Source of the DNA: an uncultured Rhodobacteraceae bacterium
GTDB taxonomy: Bacteria; Pseudomonadota; Alphaproteobacteria; Rhodobacterales; Rhodobacteraceae
Direction: 5' to 3'
NCBI GenBank assembly: GCA_965284435.1
Contig: OZ260083.1
Coordinates: 691,168 to 755,167, forward strand
DNA length: 64,000 bases
In this document: piece after piece, positions 19,544-28,271 of the stretch
How positions within the stretch are numbered: the first letter of the stretch is position 1
Layout: every line of letters begins with the position of its first letter
Position numbers and translations under genes: made by a program
Notes under the pieces: generated by a model
The model's database searches: none
What the model was told of the DNA's origin: nothing
The model's input: the letters and a program-made list of their open reading frames with translations, nothing else

Positions 19544-21106
19544 ATGATGACAGATCGCGCCTCGACTTCCGCCTTAGCGCCCCCGACATCGGGGGCAGAT
19601 GCCATTGTGATCGGGGCCGGGCTTGGCGGCCTTGCGTCGGCGATGCGGCTGGGGGCCAAGGGGTACCGCGTGACCGTGATCGATCGGCTGGACGTGCCGG
19701 GTGGGCGGGGCAGTTCGATCAGCCAAGGCGGATACCGGTTTGATCTGGGGCCGACCATCGTGACGGTGCCGCAGGGGCTGCGTGAATTGTGGGCCGCCTG
19801 TGGCCGCGATTTTGACCAAGATGTCGACCTGCGGGCGCTGGACCCATTTTACGAAATTCGCTGGCAAGACGGCAGCCATTTCACGGCCCGACAATCCACC
19901 GAGGCCATGCGCGCCGAAGTGGCGCGGCTGTCGCCGGAGGATTTGAAGGGATACGATCGTTTCCTGAAGGACAGCGAGGCGCGGTATTGGTTCGGCTTTG
20001 AAGATTTGGGCCGCCGCTCGATGCACCGCTTGGCCGATCTGATCAAGGTTTTGCCTACCTTTGCCTGGCTGCGAGCCGACAAATCGGTTTATGGCCATGC
20101 GGCCAGCCGGGTGAAGGATGAACGTCTGCGCTTTGCCTTGTCGTTCCATCCGCTGTTCATTGGCGGCGATCCGTTTCACGTGACGTCGATGTATATTCTG
20201 GTCAGCCATCTGGAAAAGGAATTCGGGGTTCACTATGCCATGGGCGGGGTGGCTGCCATCGCCTTGGCCATGGCCGGGGTGATCCGCAGTCAGGGCGGCA
20301 GCCTGCGTTTGAACGCCGAGGTGGACGAGATCTTGATCGAACAGGGCCGGGCCAAGGGCGTGCGGCTGACCGATGGTGAAGTGATTTCGGCCGATGTGGT
20401 GGTGTCGAACGCAGATGCGGGGCACACCTACGACCGGTTGCTGCGCCACCAGCCCAAGACGCGCTGGACGCCCAAGAAACTTGCGTCGCGGCGCTGGTCG
20501 ATGGGGCTGTTCGTTTGGTATTTCGGAACCAAGGGGACGCGGCTGAAATGGCCAGACGTGGGGCACCATACGATCGTCGTCGGACCTCGGTACAAAGAGC
20601 ATATCAAGGATATCTTCCTGCGTGGCAAACTGGCCGATGACATGAGCCTTTATGTGCATCGCCCCACGGTCACTGATCCGTCTGCCGCACCGGCGGGAGA
20701 TGACACGTTCTATGCGCTGTCGCCTGTGCCCAATTTGGGCATTGGAACCACCGATTGGGCCAGCGAAGCCGAACCTTATCGCCAGAAGATGCAAAAGATG
20801 CTGGAAGAGCGTCTTTTGCCGGGGCTGGGCGCCCATTTGACCGAAGAATTGGTGTTCACGCCCAACAGTTTTGAAACCCGCTATCTGTCGCCTTATGGCA
20901 GCGGTTTTTCGATCGAGCCGCGCATTTTGCAATCGGCGTGGTTTCGGCCGCACAACGTCTCGGAAGAGGCGAAGGGCCTGTATCTGGTGGGGGCGGGTAC
21001 CCATCCGGGCGCGGGGCTGCCCGGCGTGGTGGCAAGTGCAGAGGTTTTGGGCACCTTGGTGCCGGATGCCCCAAAAGGGCAACAGATGCGGATGGCAGCG
21101 GAATGA
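19544..21106 (+). CDS. crtI: phytoene desaturase CrtI
   Basis: 520-aa ORF with FAD fold AIVIGAGLGGLASAMRLGAKGYRVTVIDR...PGGR and the C-terminal GLYLVGAGTHPGAGLPGV motif. Confidence 0.95.
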   Translation: MMTDRASTSALAPPTSGADAIVIGAGLGGLASAMRLGAKGYRVTVIDRLDVPGGRGSSISQGGYRFDLGPTIVTVPQGLRELWAACGRDFDQDVDLRALDPFYEIRWQDGSHFTARQSTEAMRAEVARLSPEDLKGYDRFLKDSEARYWFGFEDLGRRSMHRLADLIKVLPTFAWLRADKSVYGHAASRVKDERLRFALSFHPLFIGGDPFHVTSMYILVSHLEKEFGVHYAMGGVAAIALAMAGVIRSQGGSLRLNAEVDEILIEQGRAKGVRLTDGEVISADVVVSNADAGHTYDRLLRHQPKTRWTPKKLASRRWSMGLFVWYFGTKGTRLKWPDVGHHTIVVGPRYKEHIKDIFLRGKLADDMSLYVHRPTVTDPSAAPAGDDTFYALSPVPNLGIGTTDWASEAEPYRQKMQKMLEERLLPGLGAHLTEELVFTPNSFETRYLSPYGSGFSIEPRILQSAWFRPHNVSEEAKGLYLVGAGTHPGAGLPGVVASAEVLGTLVPDAPKGQQMRMAAE

Positions 21107-22140
21107 TAGCACAGCAGGATATGGATTATTGCCGCGAGGCGATCCGCACAGGCAGTTTAAGCTTTCATGCCGCGTCAAAGCTGCTTCCGGCGCGGGTGCG
21201 TGACCCGGCGCTGGCGCTGTATGCGTTTTGCCGGTTGGCCGATGACGCGGTGGATGACAGCGATGACAAGGCCCCGGCGGTTTTGGGGCTGCGTGACCGG
21301 CTGGATCTGGTTTATGCCGGGCGGCCCCGAAATGCCCCGGCGGACCGGGCCTTTGCCGCCGTGGTCAGCGATTTCGAGATGCCTCGGGCCCTGCCAGAGG
21401 CGCTTTTGGAAGGGTTGGCCTGGGATGCGACGGGCCGCACCTATGACACGGTGAGCGATCTGTATTCGTATTGTGCACGCGTCGCCTCGGCCGTGGGGGC
21501 CATGATGTGCGTCTTGATGCGGGTGCGCGACGCCGATGCCTTGGCGCGGGCCTGCGATTTGGGGCTGGCGATGCAGTTGACCAATATTGCCCGCGATCTG
21601 GGAGAAGATGCCCGGGCCGGACGGCTGTATTTGCCGCGCGATTGGCTGGACGAGGCAGGAATTGATCCGGCAGCCTTTTTGGCCGATCCGCGCCCCGCGC
21701 CTTGGGTCAAGGGCCTTGCGTCGCGTTTGCTGGACCATGCCGATGCGTTTTATGTGAAATCTGAAGCCGGTGTTCCGGCCCTGCCTTTGGCCTGCCGTCC
21801 GGGGATTTTCGCGGCCCGGCATGTTTATGCCGGGATCGGCCAGTCGTTAACGCGGCTGGGCCATGACAGCATCACGCACCGCGCGCGGACGACGGGGCGG
21901 CAAAAGCTGGGTTGGCTTGGATTGTCGTTGGTGCGGGCCGGGATCAGCACCGTGATGCCGGGATCGGCCGTGCTGCATGCCGCGCCGCAGCCCGAGGTGG
22001 CCTTTCTGGTTGAGGCGGCCGCGCGCAAAAAAGTGGCATATAGCCGATCGGATGCCCTGTTTGCGGTCTTTGCCCAGTTGGAAGCCAACGACCGGGCGCG
22101 TAAACCTTTGGGGCAGGGGTTGGATCGGGCCGGGGTATGA
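21103..22140 (+). CDS. crtB: phytoene synthase CrtB
   Basis: ORF 20938..22140 trimmed to codon 56 (MIAQQDMDYCREAIRTGSLSFHAASKLLP...LYAFCRLADDAVDD). Second Asp-rich region NIARDLGEDARAGRLYLP. ATGA overlap with the crtI stop. Confidence 0.93.
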   Translation: MIAQQDMDYCREAIRTGSLSFHAASKLLPARVRDPALALYAFCRLADDAVDDSDDKAPAVLGLRDRLDLVYAGRPRNAPADRAFAAVVSDFEMPRALPEALLEGLAWDATGRTYDTVSDLYSYCARVASAVGAMMCVLMRVRDADALARACDLGLAMQLTNIARDLGEDARAGRLYLPRDWLDEAGIDPAAFLADPRPAPWVKGLASRLLDHADAFYVKSEAGVPALPLACRPGIFAARHVYAGIGQSLTRLGHDSITHRARTTGRQKLGWLGLSLVRAGISTVMPGSAVLHAAPQPEVAFLVEAAARKKVAYSRSDALFAVFAQLEANDRARKPLGQGLDRAGV

Positions 22141-22169
22141 CATAGGTACCCATCACCACCCTTGGAGGG

Positions 22170-22637
22170 ATGTTGATGGATTGGTTTTTGTTTTTGACGT
22201 TTCTGGCGGCCTGCGGGGCCGCGGCGACCACGGGGGCGATGTTCAAGCCCGGAGACTGGTATGAGGCGTTGAAGAAACCATCCTGGTTTCCGCCGCGTTG
22301 GATCTTCCCGCTGGCTTGGACGACATTGTATATTCTGATGTCGCTGGCCGCAGCACGGGTTGCGGTGCTGCCGGGCAATGCGCAGGGCATGGCGTTTTGG
22401 GCGGTTCAGATCGCGCTGAACACGCTGTGGACGCCGATCTTTTTTGGATTGCACCTGATGCGCCGGGCCATGGTTGTCATGGGTCTGCTGTGGCTGTCTG
22501 TTGCGGCCACGACATGGACGTTCTTTGGGGTTGATTGGGTGGCGGGGATGCTTTTCGTGCCCTATCTGATCTGGGTCACGGTCGCGAGCGCGCTGAACCG
22601 CAGCGCGATCAAGCTGAACCCCGGGATCCCGGGTTAA
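22170..22637 (+). CDS. tspO: tryptophan-rich sensory protein TspO (CrtK)
   Basis: 155-aa ORF: MLMDWFLFLTFLAACGAAATTGAMFKPGDWYEALKKPSWFPPRWIFPLAWTTLYILMS. Close to the Rhodobacter TspO as I remember it. Confidence 0.92.
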   Translation: MLMDWFLFLTFLAACGAAATTGAMFKPGDWYEALKKPSWFPPRWIFPLAWTTLYILMSLAAARVAVLPGNAQGMAFWAVQIALNTLWTPIFFGLHLMRRAMVVMGLLWLSVAATTWTFFGVDWVAGMLFVPYLIWVTVASALNRSAIKLNPGIPG

Positions 22638-23845
22638 GGCCAGCGGACGCGGCGCGGCACGCGGACGGCCAGCATGCCTTTGACTATCGGCGAGCGGAAG
22701 CGGGTCAGATCCAGCGCCTCGTGCACGCCTTTGACCACTTCGCCTTGCAGTTGGGTTTGCACCACGGATCGGCTGTAGAACGGCGCATCGAGCATGGCCA
22801 TGGTCTGGCGCGGGGTGGCGCCGGGATCGCAGCGGGTGTCGCGGCGCAGGGCCCACAGGGTGCGCGTCAGCGCTGTCAGGGGCGGCGGGGTGATTTCGTG
22901 CACCGCGCCCGTGGCCGAAATGTCGATGCCCAGTTCCAATCGGGAGCCATCGGACCGAATGCCATCATAAAAACAGGTGGTGCCGCCATGGGCGCGCGGA
23001 TAGCGGCCCCAGGTCCAACGTTTGAAATCAGCCTCGAGGGCGGCGGTGCCAAAGTTGGCGTCAAAATAGCCGTGGCCTGACCAGCGGTGGCCCTGCGTCA
23101 GGTCCACCTCTATCGTGGCGGAGGGGGCGAAAGGCCGCCAGATGTGAGAGCCGGAGGGTGTCAAGGTTGCCTCGACCGAGGTGACAGCGGCCGGGGTGAG
23201 GCGGATCTGTCCTTTCACACGCGAAACGAGGGGAAGGGAGGAGATTTCGTTGACATCGATGACAAGAGTGCCGTTTTGCCACGACATGCGGCTGGGGCCC
23301 ACCTGAAGCGCGTCGCGCGATTGGCGCAGGGCTGCCGTGCCGCGGTCTGTCATGGTAAAGCGGCCGCCGGGGCCATAGGTGACCACGTTGATGCAGCAGT
23401 GATTCTGCGGAGAGCGCCGACCCGACCACGCATACCACGGCGAGAAGACCGAACCGATAAAGCCGATTACCGAGACGGCACGCGTCCCGTCAGCCGAGAC
23501 ACCATCGACATACCACCACGCATAGCCGTCCGCAGCGACGTGGACGCCGAAGTCTGGTCGGTCAAGATCGCCTCGGCCGCGTGCTTGCCGGATAAGGCCG
23601 CCATCGGCACCCCCGCGCCCGGATGGGCCCCCCCGCCCGCCAGATACAGACCCTTCAAGGCCGTTCGGGCTGTGGGGCGCTGAAAACTCGCCCAGGTTCC
23701 GTGCGGGCTGCGGCCGTAGATCGCCCCCTGCGACCCCGGAAACAGTGTTGAGAACCCGCTGGGCGTTGTCAGGGCGCTGTCCGGCGGCGGCGGGGAAAAG
23801 CGGAGCCCAAAGCGGTCCAACGGGGGGAAGGTTTTGGCGCGGCAT
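22634..23845 (-). CDS. crtC: acyclic carotenoid 1,2-hydratase (hydroxyneurosporene synthase) CrtC; 5' boundary unresolved
   Basis: 403-aa maximal ORF. The CrtC core is IGFIGSVFSPWYAWSGRRSPQNHCCINVVTYGPGGRFTMTDRG... preceded by RPDFGVHVAADGYAWWYVDGVSADG. The only ATG/GTG/TTG in frame upstream of the core is ATG 23845, which would overlap crtD by 379 nt. Identity is confident; the start is not. Confidence 0.75.
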   Translation of the reverse strand: MPRQNLPPVGPLWAPLFPAAAGQRPDNAQRVLNTVSGVAGGDLRPQPARNLGEFSAPHSPNGLEGSVSGGRGGPSGRGGADGGLIRQARGRGDLDRPDFGVHVAADGYAWWYVDGVSADGTRAVSVIGFIGSVFSPWYAWSGRRSPQNHCCINVVTYGPGGRFTMTDRGTAALRQSRDALQVGPSRMSWQNGTLVIDVNEISSLPLVSRVKGQIRLTPAAVTSVEATLTPSGSHIWRPFAPSATIEVDLTQGHRWSGHGYFDANFGTAALEADFKRWTWGRYPRAHGGTTCFYDGIRSDGSRLELGIDISATGAVHEITPPPLTALTRTLWALRRDTRCDPGATPRQTMAMLDAPFYSRSVVQTQLQGEVVKGVHEALDLTRFRSPIVKGMLAVRVPRRVRWP

Positions 23846-25035
23846 TGGTCGATCTCTTTTGCAAAAAGGGTGGTTTTCGGCGGGGCGTTCAGGATGATTT
23901 CAAACCGTTCGGCCCCGGTCGGCGGGTGGGCCATGCCGCGATCCTGAGCGCAGACATACAGGCTGGCCGCCTCGGGCATTTGGCCGCGCAGAAGGGGGCC
24001 GAATTCGGTGGAAGGGTCGGCAGTGAAGAAGACATTGTGATGCGCAAGGTCGGGTGCGCCGGGGCCTAGGGTGGCGGCAAAGGCCCAGACCCAGGCCGAC
24101 AGGCTGCGCGGATGGGCGGCGGCGGCGGGAAGGGATTGCTGCGGGCCGGGGCCCAGCAGCCCGGCCAAAAGGGCGGCCGGATCGCCGTTGAAAACCACCG
24201 CATCGCCCTTGAGGGCCCGGCCGTTGGACAAGACGACCTCTCCGACGTGTCCATTTTGGCGGGTGATCTGTTGCACCGATTGGCCATAGATGATCTGCAC
24301 GCCCAAACGGACGGCCAAGGCCGCCAGCGCGCGGGCCAGTTCGGCCATGCCGCCTTGAACGGCCCAGACGCCGCGCGCCTCGGCGTGCCAAATCAGCGAC
24401 AGGACAGCCGGGGAGCGATCGGGCACACCGCCCACATAGGTGGCATAGCGGCCAAACAATTGGCGCAGGCGCGGATCTGAAAAAGAGCTGACCATCTGGC
24501 GGGCAAGGCTGCGTCCGGGCAGCAAGACAGGCCAGGCTGCGGGGTGGGTCAGCGCCCCCAGCGCCGCGCCGACCACGCGGGGACGGGCCGACTGCATCAT
24601 CGGGGCATCGAAGGCGGCATAGGCCTGCGCGGACAGGGTATTGAAACGGCGAAATTCGTCGGCGGCCTTGGGGCCAGCGAAGGCGGCAACGGCCTCGGTT
24701 GAGGCGGCGACATCTGTATGAAGATCAAGCTGGCTGCCATCGGGCCAAAAGTGCCGCGCCAGCAAAGGTTGCGGGATCAAGGTCAGATGATCCTCCAGCC
24801 GTGCGCCTGCGCAGGCGAACAGATCGTCGAAGACATGGCGCAGGGTCAAAACCGTTGGGCCGGCATCTGCCGGACGGCCGGGGGCGCCGGGCAAGGTGCG
24901 CATTTTGCCGCCCGGTGTGGGCTGAGCCTCGACCAAGGTGACGGATTGCCCGGCGGCGGCCAGACGAATGGCCGCGCTGAGGCCGCCCATGCCCGCCCCG
25001 ATGACAATTGTTTTGCGAAGACTCGATTTGTTCAT
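23467..25035 (-). CDS. crtD: methoxyneurosporene/hydroxyneurosporene desaturase CrtD
   Basis: ORF 23467..25560 trimmed to codon 176 (MNKSSLRKTIVIGAGMGGLSAAIRLAAAGQSVTLVEAQPTPGGK, FAD fold). C-terminal GLYLAGGGAHPGAGVPMAALSG. 522 aa. Confidence 0.92.
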   Translation of the reverse strand: MNKSSLRKTIVIGAGMGGLSAAIRLAAAGQSVTLVEAQPTPGGKMRTLPGAPGRPADAGPTVLTLRHVFDDLFACAGARLEDHLTLIPQPLLARHFWPDGSQLDLHTDVAASTEAVAAFAGPKAADEFRRFNTLSAQAYAAFDAPMMQSARPRVVGAALGALTHPAAWPVLLPGRSLARQMVSSFSDPRLRQLFGRYATYVGGVPDRSPAVLSLIWHAEARGVWAVQGGMAELARALAALAVRLGVQIIYGQSVQQITRQNGHVGEVVLSNGRALKGDAVVFNGDPAALLAGLLGPGPQQSLPAAAAHPRSLSAWVWAFAATLGPGAPDLAHHNVFFTADPSTEFGPLLRGQMPEAASLYVCAQDRGMAHPPTGAERFEIILNAPPKTTLFAKEIDQCRAKTFPPLDRFGLRFSPPPPDSALTTPSGFSTLFPGSQGAIYGRSPHGTWASFQRPTARTALKGLYLAGGGAHPGAGVPMAALSGKHAAEAILTDQTSASTSLRTAMRGGMSMVSRLTGRVPSR

Positions 25036-25065
25036 GTGCGGGATTGTTGACTCGTGGTGGAAATC

Positions 25066-25083
25066 TGTCCAGTATGATTTACA
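25066..25083. promoter_or_regulatory. PpsR/CrtJ palindrome (crtD-crtE divergent region), site 1
   Basis: TGTCCAGTATGATTTACA = TGT-N12-ACA, read directly. Confidence 0.8.
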
Positions 25084-25089
25084 ATGTAG

Positions 25090-25107
25090 TGTCAGATTAA
25101 ATTGACA
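25090..25107. promoter_or_regulatory. PpsR/CrtJ palindrome (crtD-crtE divergent region), site 2
   Basis: TGTCAGATTAAATTGACA = TGT-N12-ACA, 6 nt after site 1. Contains TTGACA. Confidence 0.8.
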
Positions 25108-25166
25108 CATGGCCCACAGAGCCCGGCAGAGATACCGGGTTGAGGGGCAGGGAGACGGAGAACGAC

Positions 25167-26057
25167 ATGTCGATAACTGCCCGTTTGGATGCCGTAACCG
25201 CTGCCGTGATCGCACGGGCGCAAGGGGGCGCGGATGGGCAAGCCCCGGCCAAACTGGCGCGGGCGTTGCATTATGCCGTGACGCCGGGCGGCGCGCGAAT
25301 TCGGCCGACGATCCTGCTGAGCGTGGCGATGGCCTGTGATGAGGAATGGCCCGCGTTGTCGGATGCGGCCGCGGTGGCGCTGGAGTTGATCCATTGCGCC
25401 AGTCTGGTCCATGACGATCTGCCCTGCTTTGACGATGCCGACACGCGTCGGGGAAAACCGACGGTCCACAAGGCCTTTTCGGAACCGCTTGCGGTTTTGA
25501 CAGGGGACAGCCTGATTGTGCTGGCCTTTGACGTTCTGGCCGAAGCGGCCGGAGCAACACCCCTGCGGGCGCTGAACCTTATTCGGGTCTTGTCGCGGCG
25601 CACCGGGATGCCCGATGGCATTTGCGCCGGGCAAGGATGGGAATCAGAGGCGCAGGTGAACCTGTCAGCCTATCACCGGGCCAAGACCGGGGCCCTGTTC
25701 ATTGCGGCCACGCAGATGGGTGCCATTGCAGCCGGACATGAGGCCGAACCGTGGGAAGAATTGGGCGCGCGGATTGGCGAGGCGTTTCAGGTGGCCGATG
25801 ATTTGCGCGACGCGCTGTATGATGCGGCCACGCTGGGCAAGCCCGCCGGGCAGGATATGATTCATTCGCGGCCCAATGCCGTGGCCGAACTGGGTGTTCA
25901 AGGCGCCATTCGGCGGTTGAAGGATATTCTGGGGGGGGCAATCGCATCCATCCCCAAATGCAAGGGCGAGGCGATGTTGGCCGAGATGGTGCGCCGCTAT
26001 GCCGAGCAGTTGACACCTGTTGCGCCCGCCTTCAGCCAGGCCAACGCGCGGCGGTAA
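25167..26057 (+). CDS. crtE: geranylgeranyl diphosphate synthase CrtE
   Basis: ORF 25140..26057 trimmed to ATG 25167 (GGAGACGGAGA upstream). First Asp-rich motif LVHDDLPCFDDADTRRG and second FQVADDLRD. Confidence 0.93.
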   Translation: MSITARLDAVTAAVIARAQGGADGQAPAKLARALHYAVTPGGARIRPTILLSVAMACDEEWPALSDAAAVALELIHCASLVHDDLPCFDDADTRRGKPTVHKAFSEPLAVLTGDSLIVLAFDVLAEAAGATPLRALNLIRVLSRRTGMPDGICAGQGWESEAQVNLSAYHRAKTGALFIAATQMGAIAAGHEAEPWEELGARIGEAFQVADDLRDALYDAATLGKPAGQDMIHSRPNAVAELGVQGAIRRLKDILGGAIASIPKCKGEAMLAEMVRRYAEQLTPVAPAFSQANARR

Positions 26058-26059
26058 CC

Positions 26060-27190
26060 ATGGTTGACGCGCCACATCCTGCTGCGCCTTTGGGGTTTGG
26101 ACTGAGGGCGATGATCTTGCGTTTGGCAAGCTCTCGGGGGTTTCAGAAATTTGCCGCCAAAGTACCGGGATTGCGGCGGATCGCGCGGGCCGAAGGATCG
26201 GCGCTGTTTGATCTGGTTGCGGGCTTTGTGAACTCGCAGGCGCTGATGGCGCTGGTGGAACTGCGCGTGCTGCATCAGCTGAGCGGCGGTGCGCAAAGCG
26301 CGGCGGAGTTGGGCGCGCGCTGTCAGGTGCCAGAGGCGCGGATGCAGATCCTGCTTCAGGCGGGGGCGGCGCTGGGCCTGTTGCGCCGGGGCCGCGATGG
26401 GCGATTCGATCTGGCGCTGCGCGGGGCATCCTTGTTGGGCGTGCCGGGGCTGGAGGCGATGATTCGGCACCACCGCGCCTTTTATGCCGATCTGGCCGAT
26501 CCCGTGGCTTTTCTGCGCGGCGCCGAGCAAACAGAATTGGCGAAGTTTTGGCCCTATGTTTTTGGCGGCGAGGGTGACCCCGAGGTTAGCGCCACCTATT
26601 CGAACCTGATGGCGGAAAGTCAGGCCTTGGTGGCCGAAGATACCTTGGGTCTGGTGGATTTTCGCGGGATCACGCGCCTGATGGATGTGGGCGGGGGAAC
26701 CGGCGCGTTCCTTGCGGCCATCGGGCAGGCCCACAAGGACATTCGGTTGGACTTGTTCGATCTTCCCGTTGTGGTGGCGGGCGCAAAGGCGCGTCTGGGC
26801 GAGGCGGGATTAAGCGGGCGCGTGACGATCCATCCGGGCAGTTTTCGCGACGATGTTCTGCCGCGCGGTGCGGATGCCATCAGCCTTGTGCGGGTGCTGT
26901 ACGATCACAATGATTCGACCGTGGCGCGGCTTTTGTCGGCGGTACACGCCGCCCTGCCCCCCGGGGGCCGTCTGATCATCTCGGAACCGATGTCGGGCGG
27001 CGATCATCCGGATCGGGCGACCGATGTGTACTTTTCTCTTTACACTTTGGCCATGCAGACCGGCCGCACCCGATCAGGTGCAGAGATTGCAGTGCTTTTG
27101 AAGGCCTGCGGCTTTGAAGATATCAGGATTCGTTGGGGTTACCGGCCTTTCGTGACCTCTGTCGTGACGGCGGTTCGCAAGAAAGCCTAA
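26060..27190 (+). CDS. crtF: demethylspheroidene O-methyltransferase CrtF
   Basis: ORF 25958..27190 trimmed to ATG 26060 (2 nt after the crtE stop). SAM-MTase motif [11 protein letters not shown] plus an N-terminal dimerisation/winged-helix-like part. Confidence 0.9.
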   Translation: MVDAPHPAAPLGFGLRAMILRLASSRGFQKFAAKVPGLRRIARAEGSALFDLVAGFVNSQALMALVELRVLHQLSGGAQSAAELGARCQVPEARMQILLQAGAALGLLRRGRDGRFDLALRGASLLGVPGLEAMIRHHRAFYADLADPVAFLRGAEQTELAKFWPYVFGGEGDPEVSATYSNLMAESQALVAEDTLGLVDFRGITRLMDVGGGTGAFLAAIGQAHKDIRLDLFDLPVVVAGAKARLGEAGLSGRVTIHPGSFRDDVLPRGADAISLVRVLYDHNDSTVARLLSAVHAALPPGGRLIISEPMSGGDHPDRATDVYFSLYTLAMQTGRTRSGAEIAVLLKACGFEDIRIRWGYRPFVTSVVTAVRKKA

Positions 27191-27207
27191 AGAGAATCCG
27201 AACAGAC

Positions 27208-27225
27208 TGTCCATTTTAGTTGACA
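27208..27225. promoter_or_regulatory. PpsR/CrtJ palindrome upstream of bchC, site 1 (overlaps the -35 box)
   Basis: TGTCCATTTTAGTTGACA = TGT-N12-ACA. Its 3' half is the TTGACA -35 hexamer. Confidence 0.88.
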
Positions 27226-27247
27226 GGTTTAGTTGTAAGCTTAAAAT
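27220..27247 (+). promoter_or_regulatory. sigma70-type bchC promoter, TTGACA-N16-TAAAAT
   Basis: TTGACA at 27220-27225, a 16-nt spacer, TAAAAT at 27242-27247, all read directly. Both hexamers are embedded in the PpsR palindromes. Confidence 0.7.
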
Positions 27248-27251
27248 GACA
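27234..27251. promoter_or_regulatory. PpsR/CrtJ palindrome upstream of bchC, site 2 (overlaps the -10 box)
   Basis: TGTAAGCTTAAAATGACA = TGT-N12-ACA, 8 nt after site 1. Same two-site architecture as the classical Rhodobacter bchC promoter. Confidence 0.88.
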
Positions 27252-27314
27252 CCAAGAGGAAATGCGGAAGGGTGTCTTGCACCGGAACCGTATCCAGAGC
27301 CTGGGGAGGGCCCG

Positions 27315-28271
27315 TTGAATACCGATGCTGTGATCCTGTCCGGTCCAAAAGACCTTGCTGTTGGCCAAGTGACGCTGACAGCCCCCGGGCCTGCGGATGT
27401 GGTGGTGAAAATCGCCTATTCGGGGATCTCGACGGGAACCGAAAAGCTGTTTTGGACAGGCACGATGCCGCCCTTTCCGGGAATGGGATATCCCTTGATT
27501 CCCGGCTATGAGGCTGCGGGCGAAGTTGTCGAGGCCGGTGCGCAATCGGGGTTGAAGGCGGGGGACACTGTCTTTGTTCCCGGGGCAAATTGTTTTGCGC
27601 CCACCGACGCAGGGCCGATGCGCGGCCTGTTCGGCGGCGCGGCGCGCACCTTGGTGACGCCCGGTGCACGGGTGACAAAGGTGGATGCCGGATTTGGGGC
27701 GCAAGGGGCCTTGTTGGCGCTGGCGGCAACAGCGCAACATGCGATTGTCGGCCCCCACGCCACCTTGCCAGATCTGATCGTTGGGCACGGCGTTCTGGGC
27801 CGGTTGATGGCGCGGTTGACGATTGCCGCAGGCGGACCCGCACCGATGGTCTGGGAGACGAACCCGGCCCGTCAGGGCGGCGCCACCGGATATGACGTGA
27901 TGCATCCCGACAGCGATTCGCGCCGCGATTACAAGGTGATTTGCGATGCCTCGGGTGCGCCAGACCTGCTGAACACCCTGATCGGGCGGATCGCAAAAGG
28001 CGGCGAGGTTGTGCTGGCCGGGTTCTATACTGCGCCCATATCGTTCAATTTTCCGCCCGCGTTCATGAAAGAAGCCCGGCTGCGCATCGCGGCCGAATGG
28101 AACGCGGCGGACATGATTTCGACCCGCGCCCTGATGGAAAGTGGCGCGCTGTCGCTGGACGGACTGATCACCCATACCCGCCCTGCAAGCGCAGCGCCGG
28201 GGGCCTATGAGACCGCATTCACAGATTCTGACTGCCTTAAAATGATCCTCGACTGGAGGGGCCACGCATGA
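27315..28271 (+). CDS. bchC: 3-hydroxyethyl bacteriochlorophyllide a dehydrogenase BchC
   Basis: Track ORF 27246..28271. Its ATG lies inside the predicted -10 box, so I prefer the in-frame TTG at 27315, preceded by GGGGAGGG with 5-nt spacing (318 aa, [21 protein letters not shown]...). Zn-ADH/MDR fold ([11 protein letters not shown]). The stop overlaps the bchX ATG. Confidence 0.88.
   Translation: MNTDAVILSGPKDLAVGQVTLTAPGPADVVVKIAYSGISTGTEKLFWTGTMPPFPGMGYPLIPGYEAAGEVVEAGAQSGLKAGDTVFVPGANCFAPTDAGPMRGLFGGAARTLVTPGARVTKVDAGFGAQGALLALAATAQHAIVGPHATLPDLIVGHGVLGRLMARLTIAAGGPAPMVWETNPARQGGATGYDVMHPDSDSRRDYKVICDASGAPDLLNTLIGRIAKGGEVVLAGFYTAPISFNFPPAFMKEARLRIAAEWNAADMISTRALMESGALSLDGLITHTRPASAAPGAYETAFTDSDCLKMILDWRGHA

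Noticed and set aside
27246-27314. ATG 27246 as the bchC start
   Set aside because: It lies inside the predicted -10 hexamer and the second PpsR palindrome. The 23 extra residues ([23 protein letters not shown]) are unlike BchC N-termini. TTG 27315, which has a strong SD, is preferred.
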